The position numbers and the translations under genes were made by a program. A DNA stretch of 64,000 bases, taken from positions 64,001-128,000 of the forward strand of contig CAWIPH010000002.1 of the NCBI GenBank assembly GCA_963837955.1. Direction: 5' to 3'. This document shows positions 48,431-59,569 of this stretch, in pieces. This DNA comes from an uncultured Verrucomicrobiae bacterium (GTDB taxonomy: Bacteria; Verrucomicrobiota; Verrucomicrobiia; Chthoniobacterales; JAFAMB01). Numbering within the stretch: position 1 is the first letter of the stretch; the number at the start of each line of letters is the position of its first letter. The notes under the pieces were generated by a model. That model was not told where the DNA came from, did no database searches, and worked only from the letters and a program-made list of their open reading frames with translations.

Positions 48431-51167
48431 ATGAAAACATTCAACCGGCCAGCTGGCAATTTTTCCGCTGCCCTTCAGTGGCTGACCACTCGATGGTCTC
48501 CCCTGCTTTCTTCGCTCGGTACCTTGGTAAAGTTTCAGTTGCTGGTTTGTTTGTCGGTGTCGGGAGCCTTTGCCCAGACCAAATACAAAATCATTCATAT
48601 TCCCACTCCGACGGGATCGACGAGTTCGGCCTTGGGCCTAAACGAAAACGGTCAAGTTGTCGGGTATAGTTTCCAAGGGGATGACTATAAGACGTTTCTT
48701 TACGTTTATCCGAGCGGCAAAATCGGCGAGCTCGGATCGCTTGGTGGGAAATTGAAGGCAGCCTGTGCAATCAATAGTAGCGGCGCCGTCGCGGGCTATT
48801 GCCAGGACGGGAACGGGAATCTGCAAGCGTTTTCTTACACGGAAAATGGGGGAATGATCTCGCTTGGAACTTTCGAGGGCGGTGCTACAAGCGAAGCGTT
48901 CGGGATTAACGATAATGGCGAGATTGTCGGCGATAGCGCTACGGCGAACGTTGCGCACCGTCCGTTCTTGTATTCCGGGAATCTTCAGGATCTCGGTATC
49001 GGTGGAAACACGGCGGATGCGTTCGAAACGGCCTACGGAATCAGTAATAGCGAAATCATAGTCGGAAGATACGATTCGGGGAATGGCGTTTTCCACGCCT
49101 TTCAATATTCCAAACAGGAGCAGCTCAAAGATTTAGGTACTCTAGGGGGAAGCAATAGCGAAGCGTTGGCCGTTTCAAAGCGTACCAGTTCGCTGATCGT
49201 CGGAGACAGCGATACGGCCGATGGACCTACCCATGCCTGTGTTTGGAAGAACGGTAGTCCGAGCGACCTGGGCGTTTTGTCTGGATTCGACAAATCGAGT
49301 TATGCGCGTGCGGTGAATAATTCTAGCCACATAGTCGGGGATAGCGATAGCGACGACCAGAAACGCGCCTTTTTGTACGAGAACAACAATTTGTACGAGC
49401 TCGACCAGCTGGCAACTAATCTGGATGAGGCCGGTTTCACTTCGCTCGACATTGCCTACGGCATCAACGACAAAGGGTGGATCTGTGGATGTGGCACGAC
49501 CAAAGACGGCCAAACCCACGCATTTCTAGCCGTCCCGGTCGAAGGATCGACGCAGGCGCAGCCCCAGGGGCAGCCGGAGGCCCAGGGGGCGGTGCAGACA
49601 GCGGAGAGTAGCAGCTGCGATTGTCTCGATGTTTTTTACGACCAGCTTTCCTCCCATGGGGATTGGTGTGAATGCGGCAACTACGGCCATGTTTTCAGAC
49701 CGAGAGTTCCGCATGGCTGGCGGCCCTACTGCAATGGGCACTGGGTTTGGACCGACCGTGGCTGGTATTGGGACTCCGATGACGGGTTCGGGTGGGCCTG
49801 TTATCATTACGGCCGATGGATTCACGAGGAGGACTGCTGGTGTTGGGTGCCCGGTACGGAATGGGCCCCTGCCTGGGTTTCCTGGAGGACCGGGCCGGAG
49901 CATTGCGGCTGGGCGCCGCTCCCGCCAGATGCCGGTTTCGTTCCAGGGATTGGAATCGGTGGCTGGTGCGATCACGCCTACGGTCTGGGACCGGGAGCGT
50001 ATTTTTTCATCAGCATGTCGCATTTTACAGCACCAAACTACAACCCCTACATTCTGCCGCAGGCCCAGAACGTGACGATTATTAAGAACACGGTGAACGT
50101 CACGAATATCACCTACAATAAGACTGTTATTAATAATTTTGGGCCTTCGGTGGCAACGATCCAGCAAAAGACCGGCGCCGTAATCAAACCCGTTTCGTTG
50201 AGCTATCAGAGCGGCAAGACTCCTGGTTCGAGCATCAGCAACGGAGTGCTGAAAGTGACTGGACCTGGAACAAAACTAAACCCGGTCGCAACCAAGCTGC
50301 CCACGGCGACGATCAAGAACCCGAATCCGGTTGTTGATAAGGGCTGGAAAGGCGTCGATCCAAAAACCGCAACCGAACTGAAGACGAAGCTCGCCAAAGA
50401 GAATCCTACGCCGGCAAATCTCCCGAAACCGACCGTTACTCCGTTTGTGAAGGTCTTGAAAGGAGGCGTATCCCCCAGTCCGAAACCGGGTGCGACGGCC
50501 TTCGGAGCTGCTACTCCTCCTGGCGGTGTCAAAGCGTCGCCTACCGGGGTGGCGAAAGGGACCGGCTCGCCGGGTAAGGGTAAAGGATTCAATCCGGCTA
50601 ATCCAGGTGCCGGCGGGATCAAACCGCTTGGTTCGGCGACTCCGAAGCTAACCGGCACACCGCATGTGCCCGGCGCGAGCCCAACGCCTCACATCGGGAC
50701 CGTAGCGTCGCCAACCCCAACGGTGCATGCTGGTACGCCGACACCACATCCGTCAGGGCATTTGGGATCCCCGACGCCAAAAACTGAACATTTGGCTACC
50801 CCAACACCAAAAACAGAACACTTGGCTACCCCAACGGCGACACCACATCATGGCACGCCGGCGCCTGAGGTGCATCATGTCACGCCACATCCGACTGTGC
50901 ACGCTAGCGCTACGCCACACGCGACACCGCATGCGACTTCGAAAGGAGTTCTGCGTAAGAAGGAAGGCGGCACCGGTGGAGGCGGAGGAGGCGAGCAAAG
51001 GAGCCGGTACCCCGCATAACACCCAGCCGGTCTACCATCCTAGCGCGGCGGGAACAAACCTAGCGGTGGAGGGGGCGGAAATAAACCTAGCCGGTGGAGG
51101 TGGCGGAAATAAACCTGCCGGTGGAGGGGGAGGCAAACCGAAGCCGACTCCCACACCGAAAAAGTAG
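48431..51167 (+). CDS. Secreted HAF-repeat + DUF6600-like protein with Pro/Thr-rich tail (paralog 1; tail frameshifted, ORF stops at 51019)
   Basis: Signal peptide; A..IN..G.IVG...HAF repeats; Trp-rich FYDQL..G.W...WRPY..GHW...WA.YHYGRW domain; natural end KPTPTPKK lies in another frame. Confidence 0.8.
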
Positions 51168-51190
51168 TACCAAAAAATCGTTTTAGGGAG

Positions 51191-51222
51191 AAAGCGCACT
51201 GGAATACCCGGTGCGCTTTTTT
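51191..51222 (+). terminator. Intrinsic terminator
   Basis: AAAGCGCACTGG-loop-CCGGTGCGCTTTTTT. Confidence 0.75.
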
Positions 51223-51232
51223 GTCTGTCAGA

Positions 51233-51269
51233 ATGACAAATGACAAATGACAGATGACAGATGACAAAT
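51233..51269. repeat. Heptamer array (ATGACA(A/G))5
   Basis: ATGACAA ATGACAA ATGACAG ATGACAG ATGACAA; a shorter copy at ~34449. Confidence 0.85.
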
Positions 51270-51507
51270 TAGCCTTTGCTCCTCTTTATTCCTAAAGCCC
51301 TTTCACCTCCAAGACCGTATCTATCGAAGATTCTCGTAAAGGGCTCCAGAATTCGATTACAGCTCGTTTACCTGACGACTGGCACGGGAACACCGGCTGC
51401 TTTGTTTGCTCAAGATTTGGCCTTGCGGACCAAAGTTCGCACTCGCATCCACGAGGAGATTTCGCTCCTTAGCGTGCTTTATTTTCCATTTCGTGCGCGC
51501 ACCCCAA

Positions 51508-52428
51508 CTATTTCGTCCGGATGATTAGCTTGCCGGGATTGCCAGCAATCGAGCCACTATAAGCATGGTCTGCTTCTTCCATTGGCAGCTCAGCTTTGAC
51601 AAAAGCTTTCAATTCCCCGGAATCGAAAAGCTTGCCCAGTGAAGCTAGTTGTTCTCCATCCTGTTCGACGATGAAATAAGCACTCTTTTCTCGTGGATCG
51701 GTACTCGATTCTACTTCCGCAGCAATCGTGACCAACCTGCCACTAGGCTTGAGAAGATCCCAGGATCTGTCCAAGGTTTCTCCACCCACGGTATCGAAGA
51801 TCACATCGACTATGCCTGCCTCTTCAAAACGGCGCTCCCGATAATCGATGACCTCATTGGCTCCAAGCTGCTTTACAAAATCGATGTTCGCCTTGGACGA
51901 CGTGGCAATCACATATGCTCCTCGCGATTTTGCAAGTTGAACCGCAAAAAGTCCCACCGCCCCAGCCCCTCCGTGTATAAGGACTCGTTCGCCTTTCTGT
52001 AATTTTGCTTGGACATGCAGTCCCTGCCATGCCGTCAGCAAGCTAATCGGGACTGAGGCCGCTTCGATGTGGGAAAGAGAAGATGGCTTCTGAGAAAGAT
52101 TCGCTGGTTTTGTTATGCAGAACTCAGCCGTAGCGCCCTCTGCGTACCAATCGTTCAAGCCGAAAACAGCATCTCCCAGGCTGTAGCCAGTTACTCCCGC
52201 ACCTAACCCCGCAACGGTGCCTGAGAATTCATGTCCTGGAATCGCCTTGGATCGGGCTGTACCGTCCGCATAGTGGCTGGTGGTAGACCAAATCTTTTCT
52301 GTACGGGTCACTCCGACGGCGGAGACCTGAATCAAGATTTCGCCCGCTTGCGGCTCGGGAACCGGACGCGTTACCGGCTGCAGGTTTAGTTTGTCTGTAA
52401 ACTCCATTGCTTTCATCTTTGCCTGCAT
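51508..52428 (-). CDS. NADP-dependent quinone oxidoreductase-like (MDR family)
   Basis: IPGHEFSG, LTAWQGL, HGGAGAVG, DTVGG, GKLII. Confidence 0.9.
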   Translation of the reverse strand: MQAKMKAMEFTDKLNLQPVTRPVPEPQAGEILIQVSAVGVTRTEKIWSTTSHYADGTARSKAIPGHEFSGTVAGLGAGVTGYSLGDAVFGLNDWYAEGATAEFCITKPANLSQKPSSLSHIEAASVPISLLTAWQGLHVQAKLQKGERVLIHGGAGAVGLFAVQLAKSRGAYVIATSSKANIDFVKQLGANEVIDYRERRFEEAGIVDVIFDTVGGETLDRSWDLLKPSGRLVTIAAEVESSTDPREKSAYFIVEQDGEQLASLGKLFDSGELKAFVKAELPMEEADHAYSGSIAGNPGKLIIRTK

Positions 52429-53067
52429 ACTAGTGTACTTATTTTAGTGTGGACCATTAACAAAGATCCATTTTTGCGATATCAACTGTACCACTTCGAC
52501 GCCTAAAAGAGTCACTGCTTTATATCGTCAGGTAAACGCATGAGGCCGCCCCAGACTCCCACCGTGACTAAATCCCTTTTCGCGAATTATTTGAGGCTAT
52601 TAGAATAGTGAATCATAAAGGACGTTATCATTCACTACCCGACACCCAAATAAACGTTGCTGGTGCACGATCTAACGCAGCTAGACATCTACTACAGCCA
52701 GCGTGTCATTCCGTAGCCTATTAGGGGTGCGCTCACGAAACGGAAAAAAATGGTACGCTTAGGCCCTCCAAGGATCATTCGTCCTTAAAAAACGGCTCGA
52801 GGACGAGCGCAAGACGCCATCGGTGCAAAACGGGCTTCAAATCTCGGTGCCGCTAGGGATGCGTGATCGGTTGGAAAAAGACTTTGAATGAGACCGACCC
52901 GCGGTCCGTCTTCAGCTCGTGATCTCTATGCCCAGAAATATCGAAGTCCAAGTAGTTGTTCGCTGCGATAATTCTGTAGAACTAGTGCCTCCTCTTCGCG
53001 AGACGATGCCCCTTTTTCCGCTTGTTCGGACATTGAGACCGTGAGACTACGACACGCTGCTTCACCT

Positions 53068-55965
53068 ATGAAAAACCGATTTCCCACTCGATTGATCCAG
53101 ACCGACGAACGGCGCCATCAAGCCGCTCGAGCGTTTCTCTTTTTGAGATCGATTGGGTTGATCTGTTCGATTGTTTGCTTAGCTTCGGCTGCGATCGCTC
53201 AAAACCGGTACCAAATCACTCGGATTCCCGTTGCCGCCGGCACCAACAGCGTAGCGCTTGGGCTGAATAACAAAGGCGGAATCGTCGGTTACAGTTTTCA
53301 AGGAGACGACTATCACGCATTCCTTTATTCCTATTCGGATAAGTCGATGACTGATGTCGGCTCGCTCGGCGGAAACCTCAACGCAGCGTGTGCCATTAAC
53401 GAAGCCGGTCAAGTCACCGGTTACAGTCAAGATGGTAACGGAAATCTCCTGGCGTTCATATTCTCTAGAAAAACGCCGATTACGTCTCTCGGAACTCTGG
53501 ACGGCGGCTCTACGAGTGAGGCGTTTGGTATTAGCAACAATGGGGCGGCGGTCGGCGACAGCCAAAATGGTAGCCAAAGTCATCGTCCGGTGCTCTTCTC
53601 CAATGGCTCAGTTCAGGATCTTGGGTTGGCGGCCTCGAACGAGGCGGATGCTCTCGAGACTGCTTATGCGATCAACGACTCCGGTCAGATTGTTGGTAGG
53701 CATGGCGCCGGCAATAACACATTCCATGCGTTCCTGTATGCCGGTGGCAATACGACCGATTTCGGTACGCTGGGCGGAGCAAACGGCGAGGCGCTGGCGA
53801 TCAATAAGAACGGCCAGGTAGTAGGCGACAGTGATACAGCCGACGGGCCCACTCACGCTTTCCTTTTCGATGGCTCGTTGAAAGACTTAGGCACATTACC
53901 GGATTTCAACACCGCCAGTTACGCGCGTGGGATCAACAGTTCCGGGGACGTGGTTGGAGAAAGCGATAGCGCCGACCAAAAGCGCGCATTCCTCTATACC
54001 AAAGGTCACATGGTCGAACTGGATAGGCTCGCCGAAAACTTGAATGAATCCGGATTCACTTCTTTGGACGTGGCCTACGGCATCAACGAGAAGGGGTGGA
54101 TTGTTGGATACGGAACCACCTCTGATAATTTGACAGCGGCGTTCGTGGCGGTTCCGGAACGCGCTACCGGTAATCCCGAGGCACCGGTCGCGGTTCCTCA
54201 GCCTCAGTCTCAACCCGAGGGCCAAACCGTTTCCGAGTCAAGCGGTGACGATTATAGCGTTTTCTATTCGAGGCTTTCTTCAGAAGGCAGCTGGGTGGAG
54301 GCAGGTGGCTACGGTTATTGTTTCCGGCCGCGGGTAGCAACCGGCGAATGGCGGCCTTACCGCGACGGACACTGGATCTGGACCGATCGCGGATGGTTTT
54401 GGGATTCAACCGAGCATTTTGGCTGGGCGACCTACCACTATGGCCGATGGGTTTTTATCGGGGGCACGGGGTGGTGTTGGGTGCCTGGACATCAATGGGC
54501 TCCGGCCTGGGTCTCGTGGCGAGAGAGTGATGAGCATGTTGGTTGGGCTCCTCTCCCGCCCGAAGCAGATGTTTCCGTGGGCGCCGGGATTTCTTCGTGG
54601 TCAGACTCCTACTATGGACTCGGACCCTCAGCTTATTGCTTTATCCGTTACTCAAATTGGACGGCTCCCAGCTACGCTCAATACGTCGTACCGCCGGCCC
54701 AGAACGTCGAAATCATTACTCGGACTAAGAACGTCACGAATATTGTTAACAACAACACCGTGATCAATAATTACGGTCCGCCTGTTCAAACCATTGCAGC
54801 GAAGACCAATCAGAACATTCAGCAGGTCAAGCTTGCCATTAATCCAGCAACTGGCGCCAACCCGAACTACGGTCACACGCTGAACGGGAGCCAACTCAAC
54901 GTGGTGGCGCCGCCTCAGACGTTGAAGCCGGTGACGGCTGTAACACCAGCTGTGCAAACCCGCATACCCAACCCGAAGATCGAAAGAGGATGGCAAGACG
55001 TGAAGCCTGCGGATGCGGAGAAGCTCAAGAAGACCATCGCTGAGCAAAACCCGGTACCGAAGAACCTGCCAAAACCGACCGTCGTGCCGACACCGCAGAT
55101 TCTCAGTAAAGGTCAGGTCGCGGGATCGCCTGGCGCGACTGGCTCTCCGACTCCGGGTACCGGACAAAAACAAACACCGCCCAATCTGGTGAAACCTTTT
55201 ACGAGCCCAGGTAGCAAATCGCCGAGCGCCAACATAACGCCAGGAGGATCGCCGCACGCATCCGTTACCGGAAAGAAATCCATGCCGCCGAATCTCCTGG
55301 GCGCGAAGCCATCGGCTACTCCAGGCGGTTCACCAATCGGGACTGGCCGCCCTTCGCCGATTTCACCCGGACCGAAAGGGTCGCCAACTGGAAATAAACC
55401 GTTGTCCACTCCTGGTGGCGGAAAACCGGCACCGACCGGCACTATTCCAGGAGGATCACCGAGCGTGCCGAAAGAGACTCCACCGAATCTGAATGCTCCG
55501 AAATCACCAGCGAACAAGCCATTTGTGAGTCCGACGCCCAAGCCATTGGGTAGCATACCACCGACCGAAAATGCCGTTCCTCACGTGTCTGCCACGCCTA
55601 AGATAATTGCGACGCCGACACCGGAGAAGAGTCCGGAGACGACCACGACCCCGCATCACGAGCCAACGAACTTGGCTACGCCGAAACCCACGCCGACTCC
55701 GACACTTCACCAAGAACCAGCAAATCTGGCTACGCCCAAGCCGACGCAGACCCCGCATCACGAGCCGGCGAATGTGGCTACCCCGAAGCCAACGCCGGAA
55801 CTGAAATCAACTCCGCGAGAAATCCCGAAAGAAGTAAAGACGCCTACCCCCCGACCAACGCCGGAAAAGAAGGTTGAGGAGGCGCACCCGATTGAGACGC
55901 CTCACGGAAACGAGGGCGGCGGAAAAGGAGAAGGTAAACATGGCAAACCGACACCGACTCCGTAG
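53068..55965 (+). CDS. Secreted HAF-repeat + DUF6600-like protein with Pro/Thr-rich tail (paralog 2)
   Basis: Colinear with paralog 1; HEPANLATPKPT repeats; ends KPTPTP. Confidence 0.85.
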   Translation: MKNRFPTRLIQTDERRHQAARAFLFLRSIGLICSIVCLASAAIAQNRYQITRIPVAAGTNSVALGLNNKGGIVGYSFQGDDYHAFLYSYSDKSMTDVGSLGGNLNAACAINEAGQVTGYSQDGNGNLLAFIFSRKTPITSLGTLDGGSTSEAFGISNNGAAVGDSQNGSQSHRPVLFSNGSVQDLGLAASNEADALETAYAINDSGQIVGRHGAGNNTFHAFLYAGGNTTDFGTLGGANGEALAINKNGQVVGDSDTADGPTHAFLFDGSLKDLGTLPDFNTASYARGINSSGDVVGESDSADQKRAFLYTKGHMVELDRLAENLNESGFTSLDVAYGINEKGWIVGYGTTSDNLTAAFVAVPERATGNPEAPVAVPQPQSQPEGQTVSESSGDDYSVFYSRLSSEGSWVEAGGYGYCFRPRVATGEWRPYRDGHWIWTDRGWFWDSTEHFGWATYHYGRWVFIGGTGWCWVPGHQWAPAWVSWRESDEHVGWAPLPPEADVSVGAGISSWSDSYYGLGPSAYCFIRYSNWTAPSYAQYVVPPAQNVEIITRTKNVTNIVNNNTVINNYGPPVQTIAAKTNQNIQQVKLAINPATGANPNYGHTLNGSQLNVVAPPQTLKPVTAVTPAVQTRIPNPKIERGWQDVKPADAEKLKKTIAEQNPVPKNLPKPTVVPTPQILSKGQVAGSPGATGSPTPGTGQKQTPPNLVKPFTSPGSKSPSANITPGGSPHASVTGKKSMPPNLLGAKPSATPGGSPIGTGRPSPISPGPKGSPTGNKPLSTPGGGKPAPTGTIPGGSPSVPKETPPNLNAPKSPANKPFVSPTPKPLGSIPPTENAVPHVSATPKIIATPTPEKSPETTTTPHHEPTNLATPKPTPTPTLHQEPANLATPKPTQTPHHEPANVATPKPTPELKSTPREIPKEVKTPTPRPTPEKKVEEAHPIETPHGNEGGGKGEGKHGKPTPTP

Positions 55966-56051
55966 TCGGTAGCCTGATCCTCCTGGCTCAGGGGACAGCG
56001 TGTGAGAGGTGACAGGTGAGAAGTGATTGGTGGATCGTGAATGCCCTGATT

Positions 56052-56231
56052 GGTAGGGCGAAAACCTCGGCGCGCCGGAAACGTTTCGATTTCTTTTGCG
56101 TCGTCGCGCCGGGTTTGAGCCGTCCGTTGCATCAATCTGTGTTGCGTCTTTTTCATTGCGTTCCTCAGTCGGACAGGCACGAACGGCTCAAGCCGGTACG
56201 GCTGATACCGTACCAAGCTTTCGCCCTACCG
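56052..56231. repeat. REP family B doublet
   Basis: GGTAGGGCGAAA...TTGAGCCGT / ACGGCTCAA...TTTCGCCCTACC; related halves at ~29208, ~45726, ~46922. Confidence 0.7.
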
Positions 56232-56258
56232 ATCGGGGTCAGAACGGACGCGTGAGCT

Positions 56259-57234
56259 TCAGATCTGATAGGCGTAGGCCGGGTTTGGGTGGAGATCTTC
56301 TTGGGCAGCGCTGATTTGGACCCGGAAATGGCGCAAGATGCGCGAGGCTAGATCTCTAGCCTGAACGCGAAGCTCTGGCACTGCTGTGGTTTCGAACAGA
56401 ATGCCTTTTTGCGGGCTGCCAAGCGTATAAAGATTTCTAACGCGTTCCCCTAAGAGATTCAAAACCGCTCCACCGGTGCCCACATCCAATCCAAGGAACA
56501 AAGGATCTGGAACAATCAATCCTCGGGCGAAGAGTTGGACGACCAAAGAATCCTTGAGCTTGTGGTAATTGCACTCCGGTCCCGTGCAATTGACGACGTA
56601 GTTTACTCGAAGCGTTCGATTCTCTCCGGCCCGATTAAAACCAACTTCTAATTGTTTTTGGTGTTCCTCAATCGCAACGATCCGGCCGCGGTAACAACAA
56701 AGAGACCCCCGGGTTTCGAGGCTCTCTTTAATCGCAAGGACCTCCGGTGCCACTCGGTGCCGGTGCGGTTCCGGCAAATGCAATGCGGAAAGATCCGTTA
56801 AGCAGCGGCACGAGGTCAATGGCTTCAGCACGAATTCTCTGGAGCCGGGCCGATCGCCTTTCCGCCTCTTCCAGGAGTTCCGTAAGATATTCTCCGAAGA
56901 GCATTCGCGGCACGAAGGCGCCGGGATGAAGTGTATGCACGCCGGCGGCCCGAAGTCTTTCGGGTTGAACCTGTAACCAACGATAAAACCCTTCGATATC
57001 GTCGGGAAAAGCACCCATCTTCGCGGCGGGCACGTTTAGCCGATGGGCCACGTCCCGCGTCCGGTAGGCCACTCCTCTGGCAAATTCCGAATTTCGCTCC
57101 ACCAGGCCGACGGTGAGGTGGCTATCCGTTTGTCTTAGCAGATGAACCGCCACCATCGTGCCGCTGAACCCCGCACCAATAATGGCGACATCCACTGAAT
57201 CTTGAAAACGAGAAGAATGCATCGATAGACCCAT
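56259..57234 (-). pseudogene. FAD/NAD(P)-binding protein with internal deletion and frameshift
   Basis: N-part (IIGAGFSG, RGVAY, HRLNVPA) abuts C-part (HRHRVAP, VNCTGP, FETTAVPELR) out of frame at ~56770. Confidence 0.75.
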
Positions 57235-57338
57235 AACCCTACCAAAGCAGTATTGTAACTAGGCCCGTTCGTCAATTCTGCACACATCCCGGTTGTATTT
57301 TACCGGCTCTTCGCGTTTATGCAGAGATCGCAACTCCT

Positions 57339-59024
57339 ATGCATCCATTCTTCTTTTTTACCCGCGGTATCCTTATCTGTTTTGCTTCATGGATGATGGC
57401 GGCCAACCTCCTCTGCGCTGAAACACCGCAACCGACTCCGACCCAAACGCCCAAGCCGGCCAAGGAGGGAGAGAAACCGGAACAATTTGAGACCCCGCCT
57501 CCGGTAATAACCGAACACACTCTGACTTTAGGCGCCGGAAAGACATTCAAATACAAGGCTGTCGCAGGCTATCTGCTCCTGACAGACTCCAGCAGGCTGG
57601 ACGGCAGTTCCGAGACTACTGGAAAGCAGGAGACGGAAACCGCCCCGGGTCAGGAAAAATCCAAGGAAAAGCCGGTCGATCCGACCAAAGGGAAAGCGAA
57701 GGCCCAAGTTTTCTACGTAGCTTATCTTGGGACGGAAGCCGGCGATCCGGCCACCCGGCCAGTGACCTTTGTGTTTAACGGCGGACCGGGCTCGTCGGCA
57801 GTCTGGCTGCACCTTGGTGGGATAGGTCCCAAGCGAGTGCTGCTGTCGGATCGAGGTGAACCGTTGCCTCCGCCTGCAAAACTAACAGATAACGAATCGA
57901 CCTGGCTTGATAAGACCGATCTTATTTTTATAGACCCAGTGCCAACCGGTTACAGCCGTCCGGCCCCGGGCGAGAGTGCCCGCCAATTTTGGGGGTACAA
58001 AGAAGACATTCAGCATGTTGGTGATTTCATCCGGCTCTGGACTACGAAGAACGGCCGGTGGAGTTCGCCACGATTTTTAGCAGGCGAAAGCTATGGAACG
58101 ACTCGCGCGGCTGGTCTTGGCGACTATTTGCAGGACCGCTATGCGATGTCCCTTAATGGGATCATCTTGATTGGTTCGGCCCTCAATTTTCAAGCGATCG
58201 ATATGAGTCATGGGAACGACGTACCGTTTCCCCTGTTTCTCCCGTCGTACGCATCTGCTGCCTGGTATCACAAGAAGCTTCCGCCAGATCTCCAGCAACT
58301 CTCTCTGTCCGAGGTTTTGCAACGCGCAGAAGACTTCGCGACCAACGCATACATGCTGGCTTTAGCCAAAGGTGACGCTCTTTCGACCGAGGACCAGCAA
58401 AGCATTGCCAGTCAGCTTGCTCGCTTTACCGGTCTCGATTCTAGCGATCTTCTGCAGCAACATTTGCGAGAGATAGATGAACGCTTTGTCGACGATCTCT
58501 TGAAAAAACAGAATCGATCGATCGGCCGCTACGATAGCCGTTTTACCGGTATTCGCTATTATCCGGGAACGGATCGGGAAGATTTCGATCCGAGCGACCT
58601 CGCGGTGGATGGACCTTTCACCGCGGCTTTTTACGATTACGTGCGCCGAGACCTCAAATACGAAAGCGATTTGACGTATGAGCGGGTAGCGGAGGTGCGC
58701 CCTTGGCTGTTCTCGAAAGATCGATACCTCGATGTCGCGGAGAATCTGCGCAAGATCATGAGCCGGAATCCTTATCTGAAAGTGATGGTCTGTTGCGGCT
58801 ACTACGATTTAGCGACGCCTTATTTCGCAGCCGTCAGTGTAACGCATTCCCTGAATCTTGATCCAAGCATTCGTCACAACCTACAGGTTCAGTTCTACGA
58901 GGCCGGCCACATGCTTTATGTCGATACCGCATCGCGAAAGAAGTTGAGGCAGGATTTCGATCAATTCGTGGATGGAGCACTGAACACGCCGGCCATCTCC
59001 AACGCGTCCCGGGAATTGCAGTGA
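57339..59024 (+). CDS. Secreted peptidase S10 (serine carboxypeptidase)
   Basis: FNGGPGSS, DPVPTGYS, GESYG, YDLATP, YEAGHM. Confidence 0.92.
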   Translation: MHPFFFFTRGILICFASWMMAANLLCAETPQPTPTQTPKPAKEGEKPEQFETPPPVITEHTLTLGAGKTFKYKAVAGYLLLTDSSRLDGSSETTGKQETETAPGQEKSKEKPVDPTKGKAKAQVFYVAYLGTEAGDPATRPVTFVFNGGPGSSAVWLHLGGIGPKRVLLSDRGEPLPPPAKLTDNESTWLDKTDLIFIDPVPTGYSRPAPGESARQFWGYKEDIQHVGDFIRLWTTKNGRWSSPRFLAGESYGTTRAAGLGDYLQDRYAMSLNGIILIGSALNFQAIDMSHGNDVPFPLFLPSYASAAWYHKKLPPDLQQLSLSEVLQRAEDFATNAYMLALAKGDALSTEDQQSIASQLARFTGLDSSDLLQQHLREIDERFVDDLLKKQNRSIGRYDSRFTGIRYYPGTDREDFDPSDLAVDGPFTAAFYDYVRRDLKYESDLTYERVAEVRPWLFSKDRYLDVAENLRKIMSRNPYLKVMVCCGYYDLATPYFAAVSVTHSLNLDPSIRHNLQVQFYEAGHMLYVDTASRKKLRQDFDQFVDGALNTPAISNASRELQ

Positions 59025-59225
59025 GGTGGGAGCGCCGACAACGCCGGGAACGCCGCGAGCGCCGACAACGCCAAACTGACGGAACACCAAACGGCTATGT
59101 CCATTGATCACGCCGGATGCCAGCGCTGCTTTTCTTTTTCGATCATCATGTTTCTAGCGTCGAGGACGCGTCTCGGGAAAGCTTAGGAGGCTGTCGGACT
59201 TCGCTTGATCAAATGCTGAGCGGGT

Positions 59226-59569
59226 TTTCAGCGGCGAAGCCGCGATTCAAGATAGCCTAGAGGGCGAAGCCCTAGGAATGCCGCCCCCAACTCGCGACGC
59301 ACTGAAGGTGCGTCTCAACATTTGCCTTAATTTCAGCCATACCGTTTCGTTAAACGCCTTGCGGTAGCGCTTAAGAATGATGGCGCCCGGTCTTTGGAAG
59401 AAAGGATTAAATGAACCAGGAGGCAGGGATCGTGGCATCTAACTAGCACGTTATATTCACGTATTATTGTCCCGCGCTTTCAGCGCTGATCGCCTGTTTT
59501 ATGATAGTTCCTAGGGCTTCGCCCGGGCTTCGCCCTAGGCTATCTTGAGACACTGCTTCGCCGCTGAAA
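59226..59569. mobile_element. MITE/REPIN-like non-autonomous element, copy 2
   Basis: TTTCAGCGGCGAAGC..TCAAGATAGCCTAG / CTAGGCTATCTTGA..GCTTCGCCGCTGAAA; flanked by inverted 9-mer arrays at 59030-59075 and 59627-59668. Confidence 0.7.

Noticed and set aside
52429..53067. Riboswitch or ncRNA in the 640-bp divergent intergenic region
   Set aside because: No recognisable conserved motif or strong structure by eye; an Rfam search would be needed.
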